From the sequence record OZ035752.1: a DNA stretch of 41,072 nt; one strand, 5' to 3'. Below are positions 1 through 8,987 of this stretch, in pieces (positions within the stretch are counted from its first letter, which is position 1; every line of letters begins with the position of its first letter). The position numbers and the translations under genes were made by a program. The notes under the pieces were generated by a model. It saw only the letters and a list, made by a program, of their open reading frames with translations, made no database searches and was not told the origin of the DNA. This DNA is from Kagunavirus LF7074P1.

Positions 1-29
1 GTAACAACGAATATGGGCGAGGTAGAGGA

Positions 30-1280
30 ATGAGTATTCAGCTATCCGCCCCTCAGGCACTGTTCCTGAATTGTGACAATAAATACAAGGCCTACGTCGG
101 TGGCTTCGGCAGCGGCAAGACGTTTGTCGGCTGTCTTGACCTGCTTACATTTATGCTCAAGCACCCCGGTACGCGCCTCGGATACTTCGGCCCGACATAT
201 CCGGCTATCCGTGACATCTTCTACCCGACATTTGAGGAAGCCGCTAACCTGCTCGGCCTCGATGTGCTGGTTAAATCTGGCGACAAAGAAGTCGTGGTTA
301 CTCGCGGTAAGACGGTGCTCGGTACAGTTATCTGCCGTTCTATGGATAACCCAGGCTCGATAGTCGGCTTCAAAATCGCTGCTGCGGTCGTGGATGAGCT
401 TGATGTATTGAGCCGTGAGAAAGCTGAGCTGGCGTGGAACAAAATAGTCGCCCGTATGCGTCTGGTTATCCCCGGCGTAACTAACCACATCTCTGTCACC
501 ACGACACCGGAAGGGTTCAAGTTCGTCTACGCCAAGTTCAAAGAGAACCCGACGCCGAGTTACTCGATGGTGCAGGCTTCTACACACGAGAACGCGCGAT
601 TCCTGCCGCCTGACTACATTAGCTCACTGACCGAGACTTACCCCGCGCAACTGATTAACGCGTACCTGAACGGTGAGTTCGTTAACCTGACATCCGGCAG
701 CGTGTATTATGCGTATGACCGTCGCAAGCACCGCAGCAAAGAGACAATTCAACCTGGCGATACACTGTACATCGGGCAGGACTTCAACGTTACGAAGAAC
801 GCCAGCGCCGTGTATGTGCAACGTAAAGACGGCTGGCACGCGGTGGCAGAACTGAAAGGTCTGTTTGATACGCCGGACACCGTGCGTGTAATTACTGAGA
901 AGTGGAAGTCGCAGGGCCACCGCATAGTCGTTTACCCGGACGCCAGCGGCAAGAACCGCAAGACCAACTCGGCGTCAATCTCAGATATTGCGTTACTCCA
1001 GCAGGCCGGTTTCGATGTTCGCGCTAAATCCGCCAACCCTCCGGTTAAAGACCGTGTTTTAGCCGTGAATACTGCACTGGAAAAAGGTAAGCTGTGGGTT
1101 AATGACCACTTATGCCCCGAGATAGCGAAGACGCTGGAGCAGCAGGCATACGATGATAACGGAGAGCCAGCTAAAGACGGCATCATTGACCATATGGCGG
1201 ATGCTCTCGGCTATCCTGTAGTTTACGAGATGCCGGTGGCTAAACCAGTAATCAACATCCCGGTGACTTTCGCACTTTAA
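30..1280 (+). CDS. terL: terminase large subunit
   Basis: 416-aa ORF; Walker A P-loop GGFGSGKTF near N-terminus; RBS GAGGA before ATG; portal-sized ORF follows; TerS-like ORF at right end of window. Confidence 0.85.
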   Translation: MSIQLSAPQALFLNCDNKYKAYVGGFGSGKTFVGCLDLLTFMLKHPGTRLGYFGPTYPAIRDIFYPTFEEAANLLGLDVLVKSGDKEVVVTRGKTVLGTVICRSMDNPGSIVGFKIAAAVVDELDVLSREKAELAWNKIVARMRLVIPGVTNHISVTTTPEGFKFVYAKFKENPTPSYSMVQASTHENARFLPPDYISSLTETYPAQLINAYLNGEFVNLTSGSVYYAYDRRKHRSKETIQPGDTLYIGQDFNVTKNASAVYVQRKDGWHAVAELKGLFDTPDTVRVITEKWKSQGHRIVVYPDASGKNRKTNSASISDIALLQQAGFDVRAKSANPPVKDRVLAVNTALEKGKLWVNDHLCPEIAKTLEQQAYDDNGEPAKDGIIDHMADALGYPVVYEMPVAKPVINIPVTFAL

Positions 1281-1291
1281 GAGGACAACAA

Positions 1292-2785
1292 ATGGTTTCC
1301 GCAAACATTAACGCAGGGCAAGGGCAGAACGTTAAAACCCGCCACCGCCAGTACGAAGAGTATTTCCCTAAGTGGCAGAAGGTGCGACATGCGCTTTCTG
1401 GCGACCTGACATCGTATCTACGTGACGTCAGTAAGAACGAGCCGGACCCGGTTTACGGTCTCCAGCGTCAGGCTGAATACGAAGCGGGGGCAATTTGCTA
1501 CAACTTCACCAAGCGAACGCTTTCAGGCATGGTCGGCAGCGTAATGCGCAAAGACCCCGAGATGATTATTCCGTCTCAGATGGAATACCTGACCACTAAC
1601 TGTGACGGGTCGGGCGTTGGCCTGTGGCAGCACGCACAGGATACTCTGTATGAGATTGATGCTGTTGGTCGCGGTGGTTTGCTGGTTGACGCCCCCGCGG
1701 TAGAAGTAGCTACCATGGCAGAGCAAAACGAGGGTTTACTAAACCCAACAATCGCTTTCTACACCGCAGAGAATATCATAAACTGGCGTCTCCAGCGCGT
1801 CGGGTCTGTTAATCGTGTGGTTATGGTTGTATTGCGTGAGGAATACGAGTACACCGATGGCGCGAATGAGTTCCGCCCCAACTACGGCGAGCAATACCGA
1901 GTCCTTGATATTTTCGAAGGCCAGTATCGCCAGCGTCTGTACCGCTTTAACCAGAAAGGTGCACTGACGGAAGGTGGCTATATCGAAATATTCCCGAAAC
2001 TCGGTAATATTCCGGTCGGGGTGATTCCGTTCACGTTCATCGGCGCGGGAAATAACGACTCAACCCCTGACGATGCACCTTTGCTGCCGTTGGCTGAACT
2101 TAATATCGGGCACTACCGCAACAGCGCGGACAATGAGGAGTCCAGCTTCGTCGTAGGCCAGCCTACTCTGTTCATCGCCCCCGGTGAGAACATGAGCATG
2201 GGACAATGGAAAGAAGCCAACCCTCGCGGAGTGCGTATGGGGTCACGTTCTGGCCATAACATCGGTTACGGCGGCAATGCGTTTCTGGTCCAGGCCGGTG
2301 AGAACAACCTAGCCAAGCAGAACATGTTGGATAAAGAGAACCAGGCAATCCAGATTGGTGCACAGCTTATTACCCCGACGCAGCAAATCACCGCGGAATC
2401 GGCACGCCTGCAACGCGGCGCTGATACGTCCGTTATGGCAACAATCGCACGTAACGTAAGCATGGCGTATACCGATGCGTTGCGCTGGGTCGCGGGTATG
2501 CTTGGGCTTAGCGACAGCACTGAAATTGAGTTCAAACTGAACATGGAGTTCTTCCTGCAACCAATGACCGCTCAGGACCGCGCGCAGTGGATGGCGGATA
2601 TTAACGCGGGCCTGTTACCGGCTACCGCTTACTATGCTGCGTTGCGTAAGGCGGGGGTAACTGACTGGACAGACGAGGACATTAAGAACGCTATCGAGGA
2701 TGCGCCTCTGCCATTAGGTGCTGTTGCTCAGGTGGCTGGGGAGATTCCGCAGTCGGCGCAGCAAAAAGACCCCACCCAGCAGTAA
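1292..2785 (+). CDS. portal protein (putative)
   Basis: 497-aa ORF 11 nt downstream of terL with RBS AGAGGA; size and synteny typical of portal; no diagnostic motif verified. Confidence 0.65.
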   Translation: MVSANINAGQGQNVKTRHRQYEEYFPKWQKVRHALSGDLTSYLRDVSKNEPDPVYGLQRQAEYEAGAICYNFTKRTLSGMVGSVMRKDPEMIIPSQMEYLTTNCDGSGVGLWQHAQDTLYEIDAVGRGGLLVDAPAVEVATMAEQNEGLLNPTIAFYTAENIINWRLQRVGSVNRVVMVVLREEYEYTDGANEFRPNYGEQYRVLDIFEGQYRQRLYRFNQKGALTEGGYIEIFPKLGNIPVGVIPFTFIGAGNNDSTPDDAPLLPLAELNIGHYRNSADNEESSFVVGQPTLFIAPGENMSMGQWKEANPRGVRMGSRSGHNIGYGGNAFLVQAGENNLAKQNMLDKENQAIQIGAQLITPTQQITAESARLQRGADTSVMATIARNVSMAYTDALRWVAGMLGLSDSTEIEFKLNMEFFLQPMTAQDRAQWMADINAGLLPATAYYAALRKAGVTDWTDEDIKNAIEDAPLPLGAVAQVAGEIPQSAQQKDPTQQ

Positions 2786-2795
2786 GTTCACATAT

Positions 2796-2816
2796 AGCCC
2801 CGAAAGGGGCTTTCTT
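2796..2816 (+). terminator. terminator-like hairpin
   Basis: AGCCCC-GAAA-GGGGCT stem-loop followed by TTCTT; same stem-loop recurs at 4364-4381. Confidence 0.45.
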
Positions 2817-2821
2817 ATAGT

Positions 2822-3898
2822 ATGCTATTAACTTTAGCGCCACAGGGTTTATCTATGAGCTTACTTACATCACTAATCAGCCACCAGATATGGCTGCAAC
2901 GAACCGCATCCGGTGAGGTGAAAGACCTCGCGCCGTTCATTAAGGAGATGCGGGACGAAATCAAACGGCAGGTGCTGCTATTCGGCGACGGCGGTCGCAG
3001 CACTGCGCGACTGAATAAACTGTTACGTGACCTTGAAGAAGCACTGACAGGACTTACTGGTGACTGGCAAACAAAGCTGGCAGAAGACCTCAAGGAACTG
3101 GCGGTGTATGAAGCTGAGTGGAACGTAAAGACCCTGACCGCCAACGTAGATGCGGAATTTGTTACGCCCACCGCCGAACAGGTGTGGGCCGCTGCTGAGT
3201 TTCAGCCATTATCATTGAGTGGCAAGCCAGTTGATTTCACTAAACTGATGTCAGGTTGGGGTGAAACGGAAGTAGCACGTCTTGTAACCGGCGTTAAGAT
3301 GGGCTTTGTACAAGGTCAAACAACACGGCAGATTGTTAAGAATGTAGTAGGCGCCGGTGGGCTGGCTGACATCTCTGAGCGTAACGCCGCTACCGTCATC
3401 CGCACCGCGCTGTCTCACGTGTCCAACGAAGCCCGTAACGAGACGTACCGCCAGAACGACGACATCATCGAGAAGTACGAGTGGGTGTCAACGCTGGACA
3501 GCCGTACCAGTACGATTTGCAGAGCCAGAGACGGAATGACGTGGGAAATTGGTAAAGGGCCGATGCCCCCTGCCCATCCGAACTGCCGGTCGTGCACGGC
3601 TCCGGTAATCAGTTCCGAGTTCGACTTCCTCGATAAAGGCGCAAAACGCGCGGCTAAGGGCGCCGAAGGCGGTACTCAGGTAAGTGCGGACACCACCTAT
3701 TACGAGTTCCTGAAACAACAACCGGCATGGTTTCAGGACCAGGCGCTCGGCCCTGTTCGCGGTAAGATTTTCCGTAACAGCGGTATATCGCCGGAAGAGT
3801 TTCGCGTAATATCTGTAGATGGTTTCGGGAACCCGCTGACGCTTAAGCAGATGGCGGAACTCGATAAACGTGTTGCTGATTATCTGAAAGGGGAATAA
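2822..3898 (+). CDS. minor head / head morphogenesis protein (putative)
   Basis: 358-aa ORF directly after portal (position of Mu F / SPP1 gp7-type genes); in-frame alternative ATG at 2855; stop overlaps next start (TAATG). Confidence 0.5.
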   Translation: MLLTLAPQGLSMSLLTSLISHQIWLQRTASGEVKDLAPFIKEMRDEIKRQVLLFGDGGRSTARLNKLLRDLEEALTGLTGDWQTKLAEDLKELAVYEAEWNVKTLTANVDAEFVTPTAEQVWAAAEFQPLSLSGKPVDFTKLMSGWGETEVARLVTGVKMGFVQGQTTRQIVKNVVGAGGLADISERNAATVIRTALSHVSNEARNETYRQNDDIIEKYEWVSTLDSRTSTICRARDGMTWEIGKGPMPPAHPNCRSCTAPVISSEFDFLDKGAKRAAKGAEGGTQVSADTTYYEFLKQQPAWFQDQALGPVRGKIFRNSGISPEEFRVISVDGFGNPLTLKQMAELDKRVADYLKGE

Positions 3899-4359
3899 TG
3901 ATGGGCTTTTTCAAAGTAACTGACGTACCGTCTCGTCGCGTAGTCCAGTACGCCCGCGTGTCTGGCTCTGGCGAGAACGTGGTGTTTATTGAAGACGAAA
4001 GTGTACTCGGAACACCAGTGGACGATATGCCGTTTGCGGACAAGACCGGTATTGCGCTGCCAGCGGCAGGTATGCTTTATGAGATTCAGTACCTGGCGGA
4101 TGCTGGTGATGTGTATTTCTCCGTACAACCGCAGGACGCTGAACTGGCAGACGGCAGCGCAAATATCGCTGTCGAAGTTAAGGCGGGCAAAGCACCATAT
4201 GCGCTGACCTGGTACAAAGACGGGAAGGAAGTGGTAAACGCCCCGGAAGAGGCTCTGTCTCTGACGGTTAACGCAGTTGGTGAATACTTCGTTAAAGTCA
4301 CTGATGCCGATGGTATAGAGGCCGTAAGTAAAGCAGCGAAGGTTACTAAGCCAGAATAA
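3898..4359 (+). CDS. hypothetical virion-associated protein
   Basis: 153-aa ORF, RBS GGGGA, start overlaps upstream stop; C-terminal beta-rich segment (YALTWYKDGKEVV..GEYFVKVTDADG) resembles Ig-like domains; strong terminator follows. Confidence 0.5.
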   Translation: MMGFFKVTDVPSRRVVQYARVSGSGENVVFIEDESVLGTPVDDMPFADKTGIALPAAGMLYEIQYLADAGDVYFSVQPQDAELADGSANIAVEVKAGKAPYALTWYKDGKEVVNAPEEALSLTVNAVGEYFVKVTDADGIEAVSKAAKVTKPE

Positions 4360-4363
4360 ACTG

Positions 4364-4384
4364 AAGCCCCGAAAGGGGCTTTTT
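4364..4384 (+). terminator. intrinsic terminator
   Basis: AAGCCCC-GAAA-GGGGCTT stem-loop followed by TTTT. Confidence 0.7.
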
Positions 4385-4423
4385 AGTGCCTGTGATTATT
4401 CCAGTTATTCCACTCAATTGTAA

Positions 4424-4477
4424 ATGTTGGAATAAACTATTCGAATAGTTGACTTTTCACCAAAAATGTGCTAAGCT
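4424..4477 (+). promoter_or_regulatory. promoter-like element with upstream palindromic site
   Basis: half-sites GAATAA (4430-4435), CTATTC (4437-4442), GAATAG (4443-4448) including perfect palindrome AACTATTCGAATAGTT (4435-4450) abutting -35 TTGACT (4449-4454); 17-bp spacer; TGc-TAAGCT extended -10-like (4469-4477). Confidence 0.4.
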
Positions 4478-4657
4478 CCACCTGAGCTTGTGAAGTATGA
4501 ACAAGCGACCGCGGCGCGGGCAGGTAACGGAGCGGGACGTAAGTCCTGAGTGTAGTTACGCTGACGCGTTCGGAAGGGCCATACTCTATTGCTTGTGTAA
4601 AAAGTAACTGGTTTACTGAGATTACGCCGTTTCTATGTTTAAATGATAAGGACTAGC

Positions 4658-4683
4658 GCCCCGCTTTAAGGCGGGGCTTTACT
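4658..4683 (+). terminator. terminator-like hairpin upstream of Rz-like gene
   Basis: GCCCCGC-TTTAAG-GCGGGGC stem-loop followed by TTTACTT. Confidence 0.5.
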
Positions 4684-4701
4684 TATCGAGAAAGGGGAAA
4701 C

Positions 4702-5088
4702 ATGAATCTTAAAGCAACTGTCGTAGCGGGAGCATGTTTCATCATCCTGGCTTACGCACACGGCATCTACCAGTATCGCAGCGGCTGGAACGGAGGCCGG
4801 GCGAATCTCGTTTCGCAGCAACAGCAGAAAGCACAGGCTGAGTTAGCTAAGAAAACACAACGGCAGCGGCAGGATGAATCGAAGGCCGCCGCCGCTGATA
4901 ACGAAGGCAAGACGAAATCAGAGGTAATCACCCGTGAAGTCGTTAAGTACATTAAAACGCCTGGCCGCAGCGTGTGCACTTTTGACCCTGAGCGCGTGCA
5001 GCTCAAGTCCCGCGCCGTCGCAAACGCCAATTCCATCCCCGGATACGACGATGATGCAGCCGCCGTGCAAACTGGCACTGCCAAGTAA
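4702..5088 (+). CDS. Rz-like inner-membrane spanin (putative)
   Basis: 128 aa; RBS AAAGGGGAAA; single N-terminal TM segment (TVVAGACFIILAYAHGIY) then Q/A/K/E-rich region; overlapped by +1-frame lipoprotein ORF. Confidence 0.6.
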   Translation: MNLKATVVAGACFIILAYAHGIYQYRSGWNGGRANLVSQQQQKAQAELAKKTQRQRQDESKAAAADNEGKTKSEVITREVVKYIKTPGRSVCTFDPERVQLKSRAVANANSIPGYDDDAAAVQTGTAK

Positions 5089-5197
5089 CGACGCGGACGA
5101 GGATTTAGCTATTGACGTCCAGAACGCAGAATGTGTACGGCAACTGAGACTTAAAGTGTTCATGTTGCAGGATTACGTGAGGAATATTCTGGAATAG
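4934..5197 (+). CDS. Rz1-like outer-membrane lipoprotein spanin (putative)
   Basis: 87 aa; GTG start with RBS GAGGT 8 nt upstream; signal peptide with lipobox LSAC; Pro-rich mature region with second Cys; starts inside and extends past Rz-like ORF in another frame. Confidence 0.6.
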   Translation: MKSLSTLKRLAAACALLTLSACSSSPAPSQTPIPSPDTTMMQPPCKLALPSNDADEDLAIDVQNAECVRQLRLKVFMLQDYVRNILE

Positions 5198-5206
5198 TTG
5201 CCTTGT

Positions 5207-5253
5207 ATGTTGGAATAATTTATTCTTGACATGTAAATCCGGGTGGCCCGGAT
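5207..5253 (+). promoter_or_regulatory. promoter-like element / palindromes upstream of scaffold gene
   Basis: block ATGTTGGAATAAtTTATTC (palindrome GAATAA-t-TTATTC 5213-5225) homologous to 4424-4442, followed by TTGACA (5226-5231) and inverted repeat ATCCGGG-tgg-CCCGGAT (5237-5253). Confidence 0.35.
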
Positions 5254-5276
5254 TCCAACGTCCAGGGGACATACTG

Positions 5277-5903
5277 ATGAGCGAAGAAGTGAAAGACGAA
5301 ACTATCGAACAACAAGAGACTAAGACCACGTTTACCAAAGAAGAAGTTGACGCGCTGGTATCCGGTCTTAAAGCTAACAACGAGAAACTCTTGTCTGAAA
5401 AGAAAGCTGCCGCCGCTGCCGCGAAAGAAGCCGCAGATGCGAAGCTGAAAGCCGAACAGGAACGCGCAAAACAGAACGGCGAACTTGAGGCATTCGAGAA
5501 AACGTTGCGCAGTCAGTATGAGCCAGTACTCGCCGAGAAAGACGGTAAGATTAGCAAAATGGCTGAGCGTATCCTCGGCGCAGAACGTAAATCAGTTATC
5601 AGCCAGTTGTCTGGCATGTTGATTGATGCGAGCGCAGCGGATATTATCGCTATGATGGTCAAGACCGAATTTGACGGCGATGACGTTGTGACCAAGTTCA
5701 CAGGTGCAGATGGTAATGTCATCACCACCGACGCAGAGCAATTTAAAAAGTATCTGCGTGAGCACAAAGCATTTTCGCATCTGATTAAAGCAGATGCAGC
5801 AACCGGCGGCGGGGCTTCCGGTAACAAAAATTCTACTGGCGGGGCCGGTGGTGCGGACGTAATCCAGCAAAAACTTAACGCCAAATACGGCAAACGAGGA
5901 TAA
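5277..5903 (+). CDS. scaffolding protein (putative)
   Basis: 208 aa from ATG 5277 (RBS GGGGA); Ala/Lys/Glu-rich coiled-coil-like sequence; immediately upstream of capsid gene; ORF-track start 5226 is a TTG without RBS. Confidence 0.55.
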   Translation: MSEEVKDETIEQQETKTTFTKEEVDALVSGLKANNEKLLSEKKAAAAAAKEAADAKLKAEQERAKQNGELEAFEKTLRSQYEPVLAEKDGKISKMAERILGAERKSVISQLSGMLIDASAADIIAMMVKTEFDGDDVVTKFTGADGNVITTDAEQFKKYLREHKAFSHLIKADAATGGGASGNKNSTGGAGGADVIQQKLNAKYGKRG

Positions 5904-5909
5904 CAGAAT

Positions 5910-6878
5910 ATGTCTCTGTCAGATATGAAGGTTTATAACGACGATATCGTCGGTACCACTATCGAACTGCTTGGCCAGAAAACTGACCAGTTTAACGCAG
6001 CCTCCGGTGGCGCAATTGTACTGTCTACCGCTTCATGGCGCGGTGACTTCTCCCGTGAGTCTTTCTTTAACCAGATTGCCTCCGCTAAACGCCGCGTTGA
6101 CCGTTACGCCGATATCGCGTCTCAGGCAGCTACCGCGCTGACTCAGGGCGAGCATGTAGGCGTTAAAGTCGCTGGCGGCTTCGGACCGGTACTGTTCGAG
6201 CCTGCGCAAATGACCTGGCTGAACGAAGACCCGGCGAGCGCGATTCGTGCTATCTCCGAAGGGTTCTCTGACGCACTGTTAGCTGACCAGCTTAACACCG
6301 CTGTTGGTGCCGCCGTTGCCGCGGTATCAGGTCAGACTGCACTGGTTAACGATGTATCCGCGACCGCTGGCTTGACCCTGAACGTGCTGAACAACAGCCA
6401 CGCTAAATTCGGCGACCAGTCTCAGTTGTTGGTCACTGACATCATGACCGGCGCGGCCTACCACACTCTGGTGGACAAAGCGCTGACCAACGCAAACCAG
6501 TTGTTCGTTGCTGGCAACGTTATGGTTGTCGATGTTCTCGGCAAGCGTTACGTAATCTCTGACATTCCTGCGCTGTACGAGGCCGGTACTCCGAACAAGA
6601 CTAAGGTCCTGTCCGTAGTTGCAAACGGCATCATCGTTGATAATGCTTCTGACATTATCAGCAACATTGACACCAGCAACGGTAACACCCGCATCCAGAC
6701 CACCTGGCAGGCGGACTACAGCTTCGGCCTGAAACTGAAAGGCTACAGCTGGGACGTTACCAACGGCGGTAAATCTCCGCTGGACGCAGAACTGTTCACC
6801 GCGACTAACTGGGTCAAAGCTGTTGCCGAGAACAAGCACACCCTCGGTACTCTGGCAATCGCCGACGCGGACAAGTGA
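5910..6878 (+). CDS. major capsid protein (putative)
   Basis: 322-aa ORF after scaffold-like gene and followed by strong terminator; assignment by position only. Confidence 0.6.
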   Translation: MSLSDMKVYNDDIVGTTIELLGQKTDQFNAASGGAIVLSTASWRGDFSRESFFNQIASAKRRVDRYADIASQAATALTQGEHVGVKVAGGFGPVLFEPAQMTWLNEDPASAIRAISEGFSDALLADQLNTAVGAAVAAVSGQTALVNDVSATAGLTLNVLNNSHAKFGDQSQLLVTDIMTGAAYHTLVDKALTNANQLFVAGNVMVVDVLGKRYVISDIPALYEAGTPNKTKVLSVVANGIIVDNASDIISNIDTSNGNTRIQTTWQADYSFGLKLKGYSWDVTNGGKSPLDAELFTATNWVKAVAENKHTLGTLAIADADK

Positions 6879-6897
6879 TACCGTTAGTGGTAAAAAC

Positions 6898-6919
6898 AAA
6901 GGGGCTTCGGCCCCTTTTT
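6898..6919 (+). terminator. intrinsic terminator
   Basis: AAAGGGGC-TTCG-GCCCCTTT stem-loop followed by TTTTT, directly after capsid gene. Confidence 0.8.
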
Positions 6920-6935
6920 ACTAGGAGAAATTAAA

Positions 6936-7103
6936 GTGGAAATTAAATACGTACCAATGCCAATTACCATCGAGCAGAAGCGCGAGTATAACCGTCAGGG
7001 GTTCCGTGTGGTAGATGCTCGTTTCGCACCAGAAGGCACCGTGGTAGAATCGGCTAAAGAAGAGACACCACGCCGCCAGCGCCGGGCGAAATCAGAGGAA
7101 TAA
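6936..7103 (+). CDS. hypothetical small protein (55 aa)
   Basis: not in ORF track (<60 aa); GTG start with RBS AGGAG 9 nt upstream; fills gap between terminator and next gene. Confidence 0.35.
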   Translation: MEIKYVPMPITIEQKREYNRQGFRVVDARFAPEGTVVESAKEETPRRQRRAKSEE

Positions 7104-7106
7104 TTT

Positions 7107-7619
7107 ATGCCGCTAATCGTGGAAGATGGGTCGATAGTACCTGATGCCGACAGTTACATTAGTCTGACTGACGCCCGCGCGTTAGCGGCTAATTATGGTC
7201 TGGAGTTACCGGCAGACGATACTGCCGCAGAGGTGGCCTTACGTAACGGTGCTACTTATGTCGGGCTTGCAGAACCGCAGATGTGCGGTCGTCGGGTATC
7301 CGCTGAACAGTCTCTGGCGTATCCACGCACCGGTGTTACGTTGAATGGTTTCCCCGTAGCGAACAATGTCATTCCGAAGCAGGTGATTCTTGCGCAGGTA
7401 ATCGCCGCTGCTACATATGGCGCAGGTACTGAGGTGCGGGCTAACTCTGACGGACGTTCGGTACAGACCGAGCGCGTAGAGGGCGCAGTAACCGTCACCT
7501 ACTTCAATAACGGCAACAGTGGTTCTACAACCGCGATTACCGCCGCTGACGACGCCTTACGCCCGTTACTGTGTGGTGGTCTTAACAATGGCTTCTCGTT
7601 TAATGTGTACCGGGGTTAA
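7107..7619 (+). CDS. head-tail connector region protein (putative)
   Basis: 170-aa ORF, RBS AGGA; located between capsid and tail genes. Confidence 0.5.
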   Translation: MPLIVEDGSIVPDADSYISLTDARALAANYGLELPADDTAAEVALRNGATYVGLAEPQMCGRRVSAEQSLAYPRTGVTLNGFPVANNVIPKQVILAQVIAAATYGAGTEVRANSDGRSVQTERVEGAVTVTYFNNGNSGSTTAITAADDALRPLLCGGLNNGFSFNVYRG

Positions 7620-7621
7620 AA

Positions 7622-8236
7622 ATGGCGAAGACTAAATCAGAGATGTTCACCCTTATCGGTGCGAACCTCCCCGATAACACCACCGGACTTATTACCCCGG
7701 CAGCATTGCGCGAGGTAATGACGCAGATGGCGGACTCGCCTATTTACGCCACTCCTGGTGTTAAAGAGGTTGAAGTTCTCCGCGCCGCGTCGACAGTAAC
7801 ACAAGCGCCTGCCGCAGTAGCTACGGCATTGCAGGTATCGTTCGGCTCTGCCCAGGGAAGCGCATCTGACCCGGTAATGATTAATGCTGCGGGGCTGGTT
7901 ACGTTCAACACAGCGGGTAACTACGCCGTTCGCATCAAGTTACAGGCGGGCCGTACAGGGGCCAGCGGTACATCTATCCTGCTATCGCGCATCCTCGTCA
8001 ACGGTGCTCAGTACGGCTCACCCGCCGCCACGAAACTGGTAAGCGCCGACGTAACAATACCGATTGAGTCCCGCGTCGTTATTAACCCCACCGCAGGCCA
8101 GACGTTTGCCGTTCAGATTATGCGAGATAGCGCCGGAAGCAGCTACGGCGGCGTGTACCCACAAGCCGCTACCGTAACCGCATGGGGCACAGCACCGTCC
8201 GCGCTACTGGTTATTTCGAGACTGGAGGCAGCGTAA
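7622..8236 (+). CDS. hypothetical structural protein
   Basis: 204-aa ORF tightly packed in head-tail joining region. Confidence 0.5.
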   Translation: MAKTKSEMFTLIGANLPDNTTGLITPAALREVMTQMADSPIYATPGVKEVEVLRAASTVTQAPAAVATALQVSFGSAQGSASDPVMINAAGLVTFNTAGNYAVRIKLQAGRTGASGTSILLSRILVNGAQYGSPAATKLVSADVTIPIESRVVINPTAGQTFAVQIMRDSAGSSYGGVYPQAATVTAWGTAPSALLVISRLEAA

Positions 8237-8595
8237 TGAGCACCGCTTTCAGTAAACGTATGCAAGGCGTGGGTACGCGCCTGCTAACCAAATTCGGTAG
8301 CACGGTATCTCTGATTCGCGCTGGTTCAAAAGTATGGGATGAAGTTCTCGGTGAGTACGTCTGGTCTGCGGATGAAGTGTTGCCGTTGAAGGCCGTTCCG
8401 GTTCCGGTAAACGCGGGACTGGTAAACGGTACGACGATTCAGGCTGGCGACATGATTGTTAAAGCCGATTACAGCGTCGTTCCGAAGATGGAAGACAAGG
8501 TGCAATTCGGCGGCGAGCAATGGTCCATCGTAGCTATTGAGAAGAAGATGGTTAACGATGACGTCGTGGCGTACTTTATTCAGGTGAGAAAATGA
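8236..8595 (+). CDS. hypothetical structural protein
   Basis: 119 aa from ATG 8236 overlapping upstream stop (TAATG); ORF-track start 8182 lies inside previous gene. Confidence 0.5.
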   Translation: MSTAFSKRMQGVGTRLLTKFGSTVSLIRAGSKVWDEVLGEYVWSADEVLPLKAVPVPVNAGLVNGTTIQAGDMIVKADYSVVPKMEDKVQFGGEQWSIVAIEKKMVNDDVVAYFIQVRK

Positions 8596-8987
8596 GTTTC
8601 GCGCTCGATGTCTCTAAGTTCGTGGAAAAGGCGAAGAAGAACCCTGAGAAGGTGATGCGTCAGGTGTCTATCAAGCTGTTTTCCGCTATTATAAAGGCGA
8701 GTCCGGTAGACACGGGCCGCTTTCGTATGAACTGGATGGCATCTGGCGGTACTCCTGCTTCCGGGATTACGGACGCTACGGATAAATCAGGAAACACAGC
8801 AACCGGAAACGCTACGAGTTTCGTGCTGAAAGCCGCTGACTGGCATGAGTTCACGCTGACAAATAATCTGCCGTATGCGCAACGGCTGGAGTATGGTTGG
8901 TCGCAACAGGCGCCAGCCGGGGTTGTCAGGACTAATGTGTCTCGCTTCCAGCAACTCATTAACGAAGAAGCCAACAAGGTGAAATGA
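8592..8987 (+). CDS. tail-completion-type protein (HK97 gp10-like, putative)
   Basis: 131 aa; ATGA overlap with upstream gene; motif SPVDTGRFR recalled from HK97 gp10-family proteins (memory only). Confidence 0.45.
   Translation: MSFALDVSKFVEKAKKNPEKVMRQVSIKLFSAIIKASPVDTGRFRMNWMASGGTPASGITDATDKSGNTATGNATSFVLKAADWHEFTLTNNLPYAQRLEYGWSQQAPAGVVRTNVSRFQQLINEEANKVK

Noticed and set aside
42-587. 181-aa minus-strand ORF
   Set aside because: Lies entirely antisense within the well-supported terL gene; shadow ORF without RBS.
4500-4650. GC-rich structured stretch considered as a possible tRNA
   Set aside because: No cloverleaf with T-loop GTTCGAATC-type consensus or anticodon stem could be drawn; treated as leader or candidate sRNA.
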